Below, piece after piece: positions 21,353 to 31,037 of a stretch of DNA of 64,000 nucleotides (the stretch's first letter is position 1; each line of letters begins with the position of its first letter). Under the pieces are notes generated by a model. The model had not been told where the DNA came from. It did no database searches and worked only from the letters and a program-made list of their open reading frames with translations. The DNA lies in assembly GCA_020184695.1 (NCBI GenBank), contig JAANOX010000055.1, positions 1 through 64,000 on the forward strand. The letters are read 5' to 3'. The DNA comes from Histomonas meleagridis 2922-C6/04-290x. Lineage: Eukaryota > Protista > Parabasalia. A program made the position numbers and the translations under genes.

Positions 21353-22207
21353 TTCTGATTTAAACGGTTTATTCAATGATTATAAATTATTGAAAAGTTC
21401 TTGTAATTAAATGGTTTACATTTTTATTTAACTTAATTGCCATTTTCACTTCATTGATAGGAAAATCAGAAATGCTTTCATCATTGTGTTTAAGGGTTCG
21501 ACTTTGATGTTAGATATGGAACCATTCTTTCGTATGGATCATTTATGATTCCGCTGATATTCGATACCTTTTTGAATTTTTTAATTTCACAAACACATGA
21601 TAAATAAAAATAATTAAATAATTTATCTAATCGAATTTTACAAGTCAATTTGCCTACAACGCATTATAAAAGAAAATATCGGATTCAGTATTGTATACAA
21701 TAAACGTTTTATGCTAAATATAATGAAGAAATCGCACTGAATGTTTTGGTGGTTTTAGGATTCAGATATATTAATAATTTGGTTATTCTGCAACATTATG
21801 ATAATACTAGAATAGTATTAGTATTATTTAAGAAAAATTATAATTTTAAAATATCATCAAACTATATGATGTTATTGTTGCTTCTGCTCGATGTTATTAT
21901 AAAATTAACTCAAATTTGGAATCATGATGAAATCCTTGAAGTAAATCTTGAGCATAAATTTGAAAATGTCTTTTCTGGATATTTTGAATGTTTGATAGCT
22001 ATTTATGAACTTAACATATGTAATCTCATTAAATTACACTTTTTGAATTGATTATGACGTGAATTTAATTTAACCAAAAAGTTCGTATTTTACAACACAC
22101 TTTGCAACCGAAAAAAACGAATTGAAAAAGTCATATATTGACTATAAAAAAATTCAATGCGCAGCATTGAAATATTTGTATGATTAATCGGTTCGTGGGC
22201 CCTATTA

Positions 22208-22215
22208 AAAGTGAC
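22208..22215 (+). promoter_or_regulatory. M2-type promoter motif AAAGTGAC
   Basis: Exact AAAGTGAC ending 10 nt before the XDH ATG; the same motif precedes the chromodomain gene (~30195) and derlin (~62210). Confidence 0.55.
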
Positions 22216-22224
22216 ACAAAATAA

Positions 22225-25200
22225 ATGGTCCGCATTCTTGCTCATCGCAATGGAGAAGAGGCCGCAGTTGTCCTTACATTCGAAGGCAACATGGACGCAC
22301 TCTTAGCAGCTGCCAAAGAAAAACTCGGAGCAACATTTACTCGTGCATTTCTTAATAAAGGAGCTGAAATCACTGATACCTCAGCTATAGAAAAAGATGA
22401 TGATGTCTACTTCTCGACTGGAGCTGATTTCATCGAGCCAGCTAAGCTTACAGAACGTGAAAGAAAAATTGTTCAATCTATTCAAACACGAGTAAGACAT
22501 AATATGATTTTTTACGTCAATGGAAAGAGATATGAAATCGAAAACCCAGATCCAGAAATGACACTTCTTGAATGGCTCAGATTCCAAGGGTATACTTCTG
22601 TTAAAAAGCCATGTGGCGAAGGTGGTTGTGGTGGCTGTGCTGTTGCAGTAGCTGAATACGACACAAAGAGACAACGCGCTCATCATTTTGCCGTTAATTC
22701 TTGCTTAGTTCCACTTCCATTTGTTGATGGCTGTGCAATCACAACAGCTGAAGGCGTTGGCCAAAGTGAGCATCTTCATCGTATCCAAAAAGATCTTGCC
22801 GAAATGCATGGTACCCAATGTGGATTTTGCACGCCAGGTATTGTTACCACATTATACGCATTATTTGCAGAGAATCCCGAAAGAACAATTGAAGAAATTA
22901 ACGAAGCGTTATCAACAAACCTTTGTCGTTGCACAGGATATCGTCCCATTTTCGATGCAGCACGTCGTTATGCAATTGACTTCGACAAATCAGCATTAGG
23001 CGAACTTACAACAACAGGCAGAGACATTGAAGAAATCGAAAATGTTATTTCAACACGTGAACGTCCACTTGTCACAGCTGATTTCCCAGAAGAACTTATC
23101 AATTTCCATACATTAGATCCACTTCTTGTCTCTGGTCCAGAGTCAACATGGTTTGCACCATCCAACTTCGAGCAAGTTAAGAAAGTTCGTGCTTCAGAAG
23201 GTGCACAATGCAGTTTCGTTAACGGTGCTACTGATCTCAACTTTAAGAAATGTTATCACCCAGATATGGTATGGAGATTCATGTGCGGAACACGTCGTGT
23301 TGATGAACTCAAACAAATCACACCAGAGAAAGATGGCGTTTACTTTGGTTCTTCAGTATCTATTAATGAATTCGGTCAATATTGGGAAACATTAAAAGAT
23401 GGCGAACAAGCATTACTTTCTAAGGCTATCACAACAATTACAAAACAATTCGCTAACTATAACATTAGAAACATTGGTACAATCGGTGGTTCCCTTTGCG
23501 CTGGTGATGCACTTTCTGATCTTTGCCCAATCCTTATGGGTCTTAATGCACAATGTAACATTGTTTCACTTGAAGGTGAATCCCGTACTGTATCAGCACA
23601 AGACTTCGTACTCAAACGTGACTTGAAGCCATCCGAAATCCTTTACACAGTATTCGTTCCATTCGCTAAGCCAAACGCATTCATCAAGTCATATAAGATA
23701 TGTCGTCGTCGTGAAGATTCACAAGCACTTTGTAATTGCTGCTTCAACATAATCATTGAAAACAAGAAAGTTACATCTGCACATTTAGCAATTGGTGCCG
23801 TTGCTGCTAAGCAATATATTCCACAAGATGCATTAGATGCACTCGTAGGTAAAGAATGGAACTTCGCTACATATGAACAATTCCGTGATGATGTTCTTAA
23901 GAACCTTCAAGTATCAAATCGTGTCGGTCAAGCACAACTTCGTCTTGATCTTGTTCGTGCATGCATCTACAAGTACTTCCTTTGGGTTCTTGATCGTATC
24001 CAAGGTAATGTTCCAGCAAACATAATGAGCGCTTCTATTCCAACAGAACGTAAGCCACGTACATCTCATCAAGATTGGGAACAAAGAACAGATAAAGTTC
24101 TTGGTCAACAACCACATCATATCTCTGCTTATGGACATACAACAGGTGAAGCCAAATTTGTTGCTGATATTGATCCACCAGAGAAATGTGCATATGCATA
24201 TCCAGTTTTATCCACTAATGCACGTGCAGAAATAGAATCAATTGATGCTTCACAAGCACTTGCACTTGAAGGCGTTATTGCATTTGTTTCCGAAAAGGAT
24301 ATTCCAGGAGCAAAGAAGATATGTTCTATTCCACCAGCAGATGAAGATGTCTTTGCTATTGGTAGAGTCAACTTCTATGGACAAGTCATTGGTGTTGTAG
24401 TTGCAGAAACAGAAAAACTTGCCATCAAAGGTGCACGTCTTGTTAAAGTCACATATAAGAATGCTGAGACACCAATTGTTACAATTTATGATGCACTTGA
24501 TTATTACGAAAAACATAAAGAAACAGATAACATCCTTATGGTAGATCATCTTGGTCTTCATAAAGGTAATGTTAAAGAAGCTAAATGCAAATACGAAGTT
24601 ACTGGTCAATCACATTTCAATAACCAAGAACACTTCTATCTCGAACCAAACTCAATGCTTGTTGTTCCACAAGGTACTGAAGGATGGAAGATATATGCAG
24701 CATGTCAAAACCCAGGAAAGATTCAAGACTCAGTTGCTGCAGTACTTAATGTTCCACGTAATATGATTCGCTGTGAAGTAATGCGTCTTGGCGGTGGCTT
24801 CGGTGGTAAACAAGATCGTCCACAATTCTATGCTGCACAAGCTGCAATGGCAAGTTATGTTACAAAGAGACCAATCAGACTCGTTATGCAAAGACAAGAT
24901 GATATTGCTACAGCAGGTATGCGTCATGAATATGTAACTGATTATGATATTGGCTGTGATGAAAATGGAATGCTCACTAAGATGGACTTCCTTTATCATT
25001 CTAACGCTGGTTGGACAATGGATCTTTCACGTCTTGTTATGGACCGTACGCTTTACTCTGCAACTGGTGGTTACTCATGTCCAAACGTTAACTCATATGG
25101 TAACATATACCGCACAAACAAACTTTCATGCACTGCTTTCCGTGGCTTCGGTGTTCCACAATCTTTAATTGCAGTAGAAACTGCTATGGCCAAACTTGCA

Positions 25201-26358
25201 CATACATTAGGCGTTAGACCAGAAGAACTTAAAGAAAAGAACCTTTATCACAAAGGCGATAAGACACTCACTGGTTATGAACTTCCAGATGAAACAATCC
25301 GTCGTTGTTGGGAAGTCTGTAAGAAGTCATGTGACTGGGATGCACGCGTTAAAGAAGTAGAAGAATTCAACAAGACACACGTCTACAAGAAGCGTGGCAT
25401 TGCAATGACACCAGTTGTATCTACAATGGGCTTCGAATCAGAGTTCATGATGAAGGGACAAGCACTTGTCCAAATATACGGAGATGGTTCTGTCACTGTA
25501 TCACACGGCGGTATCGAAATGGGCCAAGGCATCCACACGAAGATGGCAATGATTGCTGCCGAAACACTCGGAATCGACTACATCTTCGTCAAAGTACTTC
25601 CAACAGCTACTGACAAGACAGCGAACATGCCTCCAACAGCAGGTTCAACAGGCACAGACCTCCACGGCCGCGCTGTAGAGAATGCATGCAAAGAACTCAG
25701 AGAGCGCCTCCAGCCAATCAGAGACGAGCATCCAGATTGGACGTGGCCGCAAGTCTGTGGTTACGCATACTTCAACAAGTTCGACATGCAGTCATCAGCA
25801 TTCAACAAGATGCCGAACTCAGTCTACAACCACGAGACGCATGAAGGGCGCGAGTCATTCTATCTCATATGGTCAGTCGCATTCAGCATGGTCGAAATTG
25901 ACGTTCTCACAGGCGAACACGTACTCCTTAGGGCTGATCTTGTGCATGACTGCGGGTCATCAATCAATCCGGGCATTGATATTGGACAACTCGAAGGCGG
26001 CTTCGTGCAAGGCCAAGGCTTGTACACACTCGAAGAAATGATATGGGCGAAGGACGGACACATTCGAACAAGAAACGTCACCACTTATAAGATACCAACA
26101 CTCGACGATATCCCAGACGACTTCAGAGTGACATTGCTTCATGATGACTATAACAATATGGGCGTCGTCGGATCTAAGGCCTCTGGCGAAGCAGGTCTTC
26201 GTATGGGATGCTCAGTGCTTATGGCACTTCGTGACGCTGTTACAGCAGCACGCGCACAATTCGGAGTCACTGAGTGGTTCGACTTCCATTCGCCAGCAAC
26301 AATCGAAGTCATTCGTGAAAAGATACCAGTGAAGTACCTCGACCCAGAGCAGCAATAA
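22225..26358 (+). CDS. XDH: xanthine dehydrogenase/oxidase family molybdo-flavoenzyme, single chain, with extra N-terminal KHA/DCX-like domain
   Basis: 2Fe-2S motifs KKPCGEGGCGGC, NSCL, QCGFCTPG, NLCRCTGYRPI; FAD domain NIRNIGTIGG; Moco domain QEHFYLE, GGGFGGK, AFRGFG, GGIEMGQG, GQLEGGFVQGQGLYTLEE, KASGE. Confidence 0.95.
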   Translation: MVRILAHRNGEEAAVVLTFEGNMDALLAAAKEKLGATFTRAFLNKGAEITDTSAIEKDDDVYFSTGADFIEPAKLTERERKIVQSIQTRVRHNMIFYVNGKRYEIENPDPEMTLLEWLRFQGYTSVKKPCGEGGCGGCAVAVAEYDTKRQRAHHFAVNSCLVPLPFVDGCAITTAEGVGQSEHLHRIQKDLAEMHGTQCGFCTPGIVTTLYALFAENPERTIEEINEALSTNLCRCTGYRPIFDAARRYAIDFDKSALGELTTTGRDIEEIENVISTRERPLVTADFPEELINFHTLDPLLVSGPESTWFAPSNFEQVKKVRASEGAQCSFVNGATDLNFKKCYHPDMVWRFMCGTRRVDELKQITPEKDGVYFGSSVSINEFGQYWETLKDGEQALLSKAITTITKQFANYNIRNIGTIGGSLCAGDALSDLCPILMGLNAQCNIVSLEGESRTVSAQDFVLKRDLKPSEILYTVFVPFAKPNAFIKSYKICRRREDSQALCNCCFNIIIENKKVTSAHLAIGAVAAKQYIPQDALDALVGKEWNFATYEQFRDDVLKNLQVSNRVGQAQLRLDLVRACIYKYFLWVLDRIQGNVPANIMSASIPTERKPRTSHQDWEQRTDKVLGQQPHHISAYGHTTGEAKFVADIDPPEKCAYAYPVLSTNARAEIESIDASQALALEGVIAFVSEKDIPGAKKICSIPPADEDVFAIGRVNFYGQVIGVVVAETEKLAIKGARLVKVTYKNAETPIVTIYDALDYYEKHKETDNILMVDHLGLHKGNVKEAKCKYEVTGQSHFNNQEHFYLEPNSMLVVPQGTEGWKIYAACQNPGKIQDSVAAVLNVPRNMIRCEVMRLGGGFGGKQDRPQFYAAQAAMASYVTKRPIRLVMQRQDDIATAGMRHEYVTDYDIGCDENGMLTKMDFLYHSNAGWTMDLSRLVMDRTLYSATGGYSCPNVNSYGNIYRTNKLSCTAFRGFGVPQSLIAVETAMAKLAHTLGVRPEELKEKNLYHKGDKTLTGYELPDETIRRCWEVCKKSCDWDARVKEVEEFNKTHVYKKRGIAMTPVVSTMGFESEFMMKGQALVQIYGDGSVTVSHGGIEMGQGIHTKMAMIAAETLGIDYIFVKVLPTATDKTANMPPTAGSTGTDLHGRAVENACKELRERLQPIRDEHPDWTWPQVCGYAYFNKFDMQSSAFNKMPNSVYNHETHEGRESFYLIWSVAFSMVEIDVLTGEHVLLRADLVHDCGSSINPGIDIGQLEGGFVQGQGLYTLEEMIWAKDGHIRTRNVTTYKIPTLDDIPDDFRVTLLHDDYNNMGVVGSKASGEAGLRMGCSVLMALRDAVTAARAQFGVTEWFDFHSPATIEVIREKIPVKYLDPEQQ

Positions 26359-26467
26359 GTTAATGGTCTTATATTCTTTTAGAATAAACAAACAATAGCA
26401 ATGCATTTATGTGTTTATAATTCGCAATAAAATATATTTTTAGGAAAGCTGAAACATTTGACGTGTA

Positions 26468-27298
26468 TCAGATTTCGATTGTTACAATTGACTCTTCGAT
26501 TTGCTTTCTGACCCGTTCGAAAGGGGTTTCTGGCGTGTCAACATTCTGCCATTGATTTGCATAGTTCAAGCAAGGGCAAATATATGTAATATCATCCTTC
26601 TTCACGACTTTTCGGTAGTGCACATGACCGCACACCGCATATTTCACAGGGTATTTTTTGTAGAGTTCCCCAAATTGCTCACTCCCTAAGAAGGCATTAA
26701 AGTAGCGCCAGCTTTCGCGTATTTCTGGAACACAAAATTCTCGAATAGGAAGCATGTGTGTAACAACAATTTGAGGATAAGATGCGTATTTTTGAAGAAA
26801 ACTTTCAATACGTGTTAACATTTCTGAACATTTTCCTGGATTGTCCTTTGTCCATTGGTTTAATATAGAATCCTGCCATCGTCGTTTTTGATAAGTCATT
26901 GCATCAAAGTCTGTTTTTGTAAATTCTGGATTTCCAAAAGAATAATCAAACCACCCAACATCCCCTATTAAAGCATATGTTGACGTTTTCCCCTGAAGAA
27001 GAATTGGATTTCCACATAAGCAACGTTGATCGGTAACAAATTTTTGGTAAATATCATCTGTAGAAGTATGCTCTTTTTCGAAATTCCTGCACCATAAGTC
27101 GTGATTTCCAGGAACATAATAAACAGGAACATTCATCATCTCTTCTAAACGTTTTGCAGTTTCCATCGATTTAATAACACCTTCGCATAAATCACCAGCT
27201 AACACAAGTACATCACAAGGGAAAGAAGCAATTGCCTCTAGTACAGGATACTTTTTATTAACATCTATATGAATGTCAGATAAAAAGGATATTTTCAT
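26468..27298 (-). CDS. calcineurin-like metallophosphoesterase, bacterial type
   Basis: SDIHID, AGDL, PGNHD, GWFDYSF, VTHM, FNAFLGS, CGHVH. Likely ATG at 27298 (MKISFLSD). Confidence 0.88.
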   Translation of the reverse strand: MKISFLSDIHIDVNKKYPVLEAIASFPCDVLVLAGDLCEGVIKSMETAKRLEEMMNVPVYYVPGNHDLWCRNFEKEHTSTDDIYQKFVTDQRCLCGNPILLQGKTSTYALIGDVGWFDYSFGNPEFTKTDFDAMTYQKRRWQDSILNQWTKDNPGKCSEMLTRIESFLQKYASYPQIVVTHMLPIREFCVPEIRESWRYFNAFLGSEQFGELYKKYPVKYAVCGHVHYRKVVKKDDITYICPCLNYANQWQNVDTPETPFERVRKQIEESIVTIEI

Positions 27299-27739
27299 CA
27301 AAAGAAAATTATGACTTAGAAAAATACCAAATCTTTTTGCCAAATGTGCATACACACCTAACAGAGACACTAAAATATGAAGTTTTGACTGCAATCAAAG
27401 CAAAATAAAAACTTTTCATATTTTTGTAAAAATGAAATCAGAAACAAGTTTTTTTTAGATAAAGCAAAGGTTTATGAAAATGCCTTTATGGATGTTATGT
27501 CAATAATTAGCTTATATAGCCCCCGATTAAAACATTTATAATATTTACGTAATTTAATGTTTTTTGAAATTTCGTTTTTCTTCCACTGTGTTTTTGTTGT
27601 CCAAATAGAGTCTAACATGTTGATCATATGATGGACATCCATACTTAGATTACTTCAAAAAAAATTAAATTTCTTTATAAAAACTCACACTCGTGATTTT
27701 TTATACCAAGTCAAACCTGAAAAATGACTAGTACTTAAA

Positions 27740-28104
27740 ATATTTTAACCCAATTTTTCCAACAGAGATTATTTACAATCAATAAAATATTTTATAATTT
27801 TTATTCCAATTTCTATACAATTTTACAACAACAAAATGAACAAACAAATTCAGATAACACTTATATTTATATCATAATTGGTGTTGTAATTGCAATAATT
27901 ATCGTTATTGTTTTGGTTATTGTTTTGTTAATACATTTCAGGAAGAAGAACAATTTAGCAAGCGAAGAAGCAATTTCGGAAGATTTCTATCAAATTGTCA
28001 CAACTAACAATGGCAATTTCTCTGTCGGAGTAACAAATACGAATGTTGATGAAGATCTATTTGCGGAAGACTTTAAAGAAAATAATTTGATTAATAAGAT
28101 ATAA
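27740..28104 (+). pseudogene. orphan TM plus cytoplasmic tail of a surface-protein gene
   Basis: Open frame ...NSDNTYIYIIIGVVIAIIIVIVLVIVLLIHFRKKN...DEDLFAEDFKE; no ATG-led ectodomain; upstream stop near 27736. Confidence 0.5.
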
Positions 28105-28206
28105 ATATTCAATGAATAAATTTAACGTGTTTTTGTTTTGTATTTTTCCATAAAATCAATTTTTAAAAAGAAGATGCAATTGACGGTTTTGAATTTATTT
28201 ACGTTT

Positions 28207-29421
28207 TCAAGCTATTTGGTGTGGTTCATTACGGGCAACTATTGCTTTAAGTGCTGCAGCAACTGATTTGCACTTACAGTGCATTATCATTGAAGCGATG
28301 ATGAATGGTTTATGTGAAGCCTCATTGTATGTATCCAAACGGTGCTTCTGGAAGCATTCGTTTGTGATTTCTCCTCTTTCACATGAAAGTCCAGAGATAT
28401 CTGCTGGGAGGCAGTGCATGTAAAGAGCGTTTTTGGTCGTTGCCATCATTTCATCATCAGTTTGCCAATCAATGAACTTCTTATTAAGCTCAAGGCATTC
28501 TTTCTCAGTGACCTTAAGACCATCATAGTCCTTAGCTTTGAGTTGTTCTGTACGACGAGCAGATATGAACATTGGAGCCCAACTCTTTGGATATACAACA
28601 TCAGCACCAACGAAAGCTGCCTTCATGTCATGCGTAATTTCGAATGTACCGCCTGATTTCTCAGCATTCTTACGTGCAATTTCAACAATCTCTGGAATAA
28701 GGTCATAGCCTTCTGGATGAGCAAGAACAAGATTCGTGCCGAAGCGAGAAAGAAGAGCAATGATGGATTGTGGAACTGAAAGTGGTTTTCCATATGATGG
28801 GGAATATGCCCATGACATAACAATCTTCTTACCTTTGAGAGCTTCGATGGAGCCGAAGTGTTTGACAAGGTGAGAAAGATCGGCCATGGCTTGTGTTGGA
28901 TGATCTTCATCACATTGAAGATTGACAATGCATGGACGTTTCATTAAAACATTACGTTCGTGAGATTCTGTGATGGATGAGGCAACTTCTAACATGTATG
29001 TGTGGCCAGCACCAAGATAAAGATCATCACGAATACCAATGCATTCAGTAAAGAATGAAATCATAGTGGCCGTTTCACGAACTGTTTCGCCGTGTGAGAT
29101 TTGGGACTTACCTTCATCAAGATCGGATGGAGTTAAACCGAGTAAGGAAGCAGCACTCATGAAAGAGAAACGTGTGCGTGTAGAATTGTCACGGAATATG
29201 GAGGCTGCAAGACCACCATTGAAAATCTTGCATGATACATTCTTGCGGATAAGTTCTTCAAGTGCCCAACTGCAGTTAAGGGTTGAACGGATAACTTCAT
29301 CATTCATGTCCCAGGTGCGGAGCCAATCGCCACCATATGTGTTAACCTTTGGCTCAAGTTTTTCGCACTCAGCGATGTATTGTTCCACGCTCATAAAAAG
29401 TGAAATGTTTGGTTCGTTCAT
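28207..29421 (-). CDS. ygeW: YgeW-type (knotted) carbamoyltransferase
   Basis: FRDNSTRTRFSF, QISHGETVRETATMISF, GIRDDLYLGAGH, NLQCDEDHPTQAMAD, WAYSPSYGKPLSVPQ, VYPKSWAP, YMHCLPADI: YgeW signatures, distinct from OTC and ATC. Confidence 0.93.
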   Translation of the reverse strand: MNEPNISLFMSVEQYIAECEKLEPKVNTYGGDWLRTWDMNDEVIRSTLNCSWALEELIRKNVSCKIFNGGLAASIFRDNSTRTRFSFMSAASLLGLTPSDLDEGKSQISHGETVRETATMISFFTECIGIRDDLYLGAGHTYMLEVASSITESHERNVLMKRPCIVNLQCDEDHPTQAMADLSHLVKHFGSIEALKGKKIVMSWAYSPSYGKPLSVPQSIIALLSRFGTNLVLAHPEGYDLIPEIVEIARKNAEKSGGTFEITHDMKAAFVGADVVYPKSWAPMFISARRTEQLKAKDYDGLKVTEKECLELNKKFIDWQTDDEMMATTKNALYMHCLPADISGLSCERGEITNECFQKHRLDTYNEASHKPFIIASMIMHCKCKSVAAALKAIVARNEPHQIA

Positions 29422-29732
29422 CGTTTTGATAATTGAATGCTGAAAATTTCAGAAATTCAGATAATTGTTTGCAGTTTTTTAACGATGCAAAAATTGGAAC
29501 ACAAAATAACCGCTTATTCACAAAAATTGAATTTTCAAATTGGTAAATTTTTACTTCAGATGTTTTGGGGTCAGTAAACATGAAGAACACAAGCAACCAT
29601 TAAAAACCAACTCCCGTACTGACATTTGTGGTACTTGTAGAAAAAAATATGATTGTTTCTTAAAATTAATGCAAAAAATGGAAAATATCCGTAAAAAGTA
29701 GAAACCATTATCGATTTTTGTTTTTCAGTAGG

Positions 29733-30185
29733 TTATGTTGGATTTTGTTTGATGAAAGTTTTTCCTTTTGGGAAAAGTTTTGAAGGTAAATCACTTATTT
29801 TAACAACACGTAATTCATTTGAACATTTCCAAGTATTGATAGTGATGGCGTTCTCGTCTTTTTCAGAAGCATCATTAAAAATTAACGCCTTTTTACATTC
29901 AAAATCTGTGTATAACCCTCCAATAGCCATTTGCATCTTACTTAGTGAATTAATCATTTCTTCACTTGACTGTACGCTAACATGATTAATTGTGATGAAT
30001 TCGTTGTTGTTAACAACATTTAAAAATTTAATAGAAAAACCAAAATCATCAAACTTAACTTCAACGTCAAAAAGTAGGTGACCTTCCTTGCACCAGTTCA
30101 GCATCTGGAAGAGACAACTTGGGTCAAACATTTGCCAATAGCGGGAAAAATGTTTAAAGACGTTATTTTCATTTGACTTTTTCAT
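29733..30185 (-). CDS. hypothetical protein, 150 aa
   Basis: ATG ORF, head-to-head with the chromodomain gene. Confidence 0.55.
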   Translation of the reverse strand: MKKSNENNVFKHFSRYWQMFDPSCLFQMLNWCKEGHLLFDVEVKFDDFGFSIKFLNVVNNNEFITINHVSVQSSEEMINSLSKMQMAIGGLYTDFECKKALIFNDASEKDENAITINTWKCSNELRVVKISDLPSKLFPKGKTFIKQNPT

Positions 30186-30239
30186 AATAATACAAAAAGT
30201 GACTTGTGCTTTTGTAGAAGTGTAAACATTTCAAATTTC

Positions 30240-30713
30240 ATGTCTAGTGAAGAAGGGATTTATGAAATTAAAGAAATTACTGATGCCAGATGGATTGGAA
30301 ATGGATGGGAGTATTTTGTAAGGTGGAAAGAATATGATGATTCAGAAAATTCATGGGTTCCTGAAAAAGATTTTGATTCAAGTGAATTAATTAATAAATT
30401 TTGGAAAGAACATGACCAATCAAAATATTTAATCAAAACGGTAGAAAGGCCTCGAAGTACTACACACCAAGAAGTCAAAAGCGGTAATGCATATTTTTAC
30501 TATTATGACCAATTTCCATATTCAATCGAAAGCGAAAAAGAAATCAAAGGGTTTATCAAAATTTACAAAAACAAGTATGGTAAAATATTTTATTTGGTAA
30601 AAACCACTCTTCATCCATCTCCAGTTTACATCCCATCAAAAAAAATTCTAAAAATTGCTCCAAACAAGACTCTTGACTATCTTGAATCACTTATTAAAAT
30701 CGGGAGCCATTAA
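30240..30713 (+). CDS. chromodomain protein
   Basis: YEIKEITDARW...EYFVRWKEYDDSENSWVPEKDF; possible chromo-shadow-like C-terminus. ATG at 30240. Confidence 0.85.
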   Translation: MSSEEGIYEIKEITDARWIGNGWEYFVRWKEYDDSENSWVPEKDFDSSELINKFWKEHDQSKYLIKTVERPRSTTHQEVKSGNAYFYYYDQFPYSIESEKEIKGFIKIYKNKYGKIFYLVKTTLHPSPVYIPSKKILKIAPNKTLDYLESLIKIGSH

Positions 30714-31037
30714 AAATCCCAACACAATGCTATTTCGTGCATGAGATGATTTGATCAAATCATATTTATTGTTACACCATAACAAAAAACATTTTTGCAA
30801 TGCCTTTTGTTGAGTGAACATTTTGGGTATTGGAAAAATTTTTTTTTGAAAATACATAGATCTAGATACACAAAAATTCTTGGATCCAAATCAATAAATG
30901 CTGTTAACCATCTACGTAAAATAAGCGAATATGGAAAGGTCTTTCAGAAGTTGCAATGGTTAACTTTCGTTTGAAAAATAATTGAGAAATTTTATGTAAA
31001 ATATTCAATTTCATATCGTTATTTATATAACTTTTAT

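Noticed and set aside
21746-22051. 101-aa ORF; similar ORFs at 32072-32308, 32859-33107, 47908-48270, 55016-55201
   Set aside because: Non-ATG starts, I/L/F/K/N-biased translations of AT-rich DNA; at most unrecognisable gene debris.
22381-26406. Numerous short ORFs overlapping XDH (and similar ones over other long genes)
   Set aside because: Shadow ORFs in alternative frames or the antisense strand, with no motifs.
28207-29421. Ordinary ornithine carbamoyltransferase of the arginine dihydrolase pathway
   Set aside because: Length (~400 aa) and the motifs WAYSPSYGKPLSVPQ and HCLPADI are YgeW-specific.
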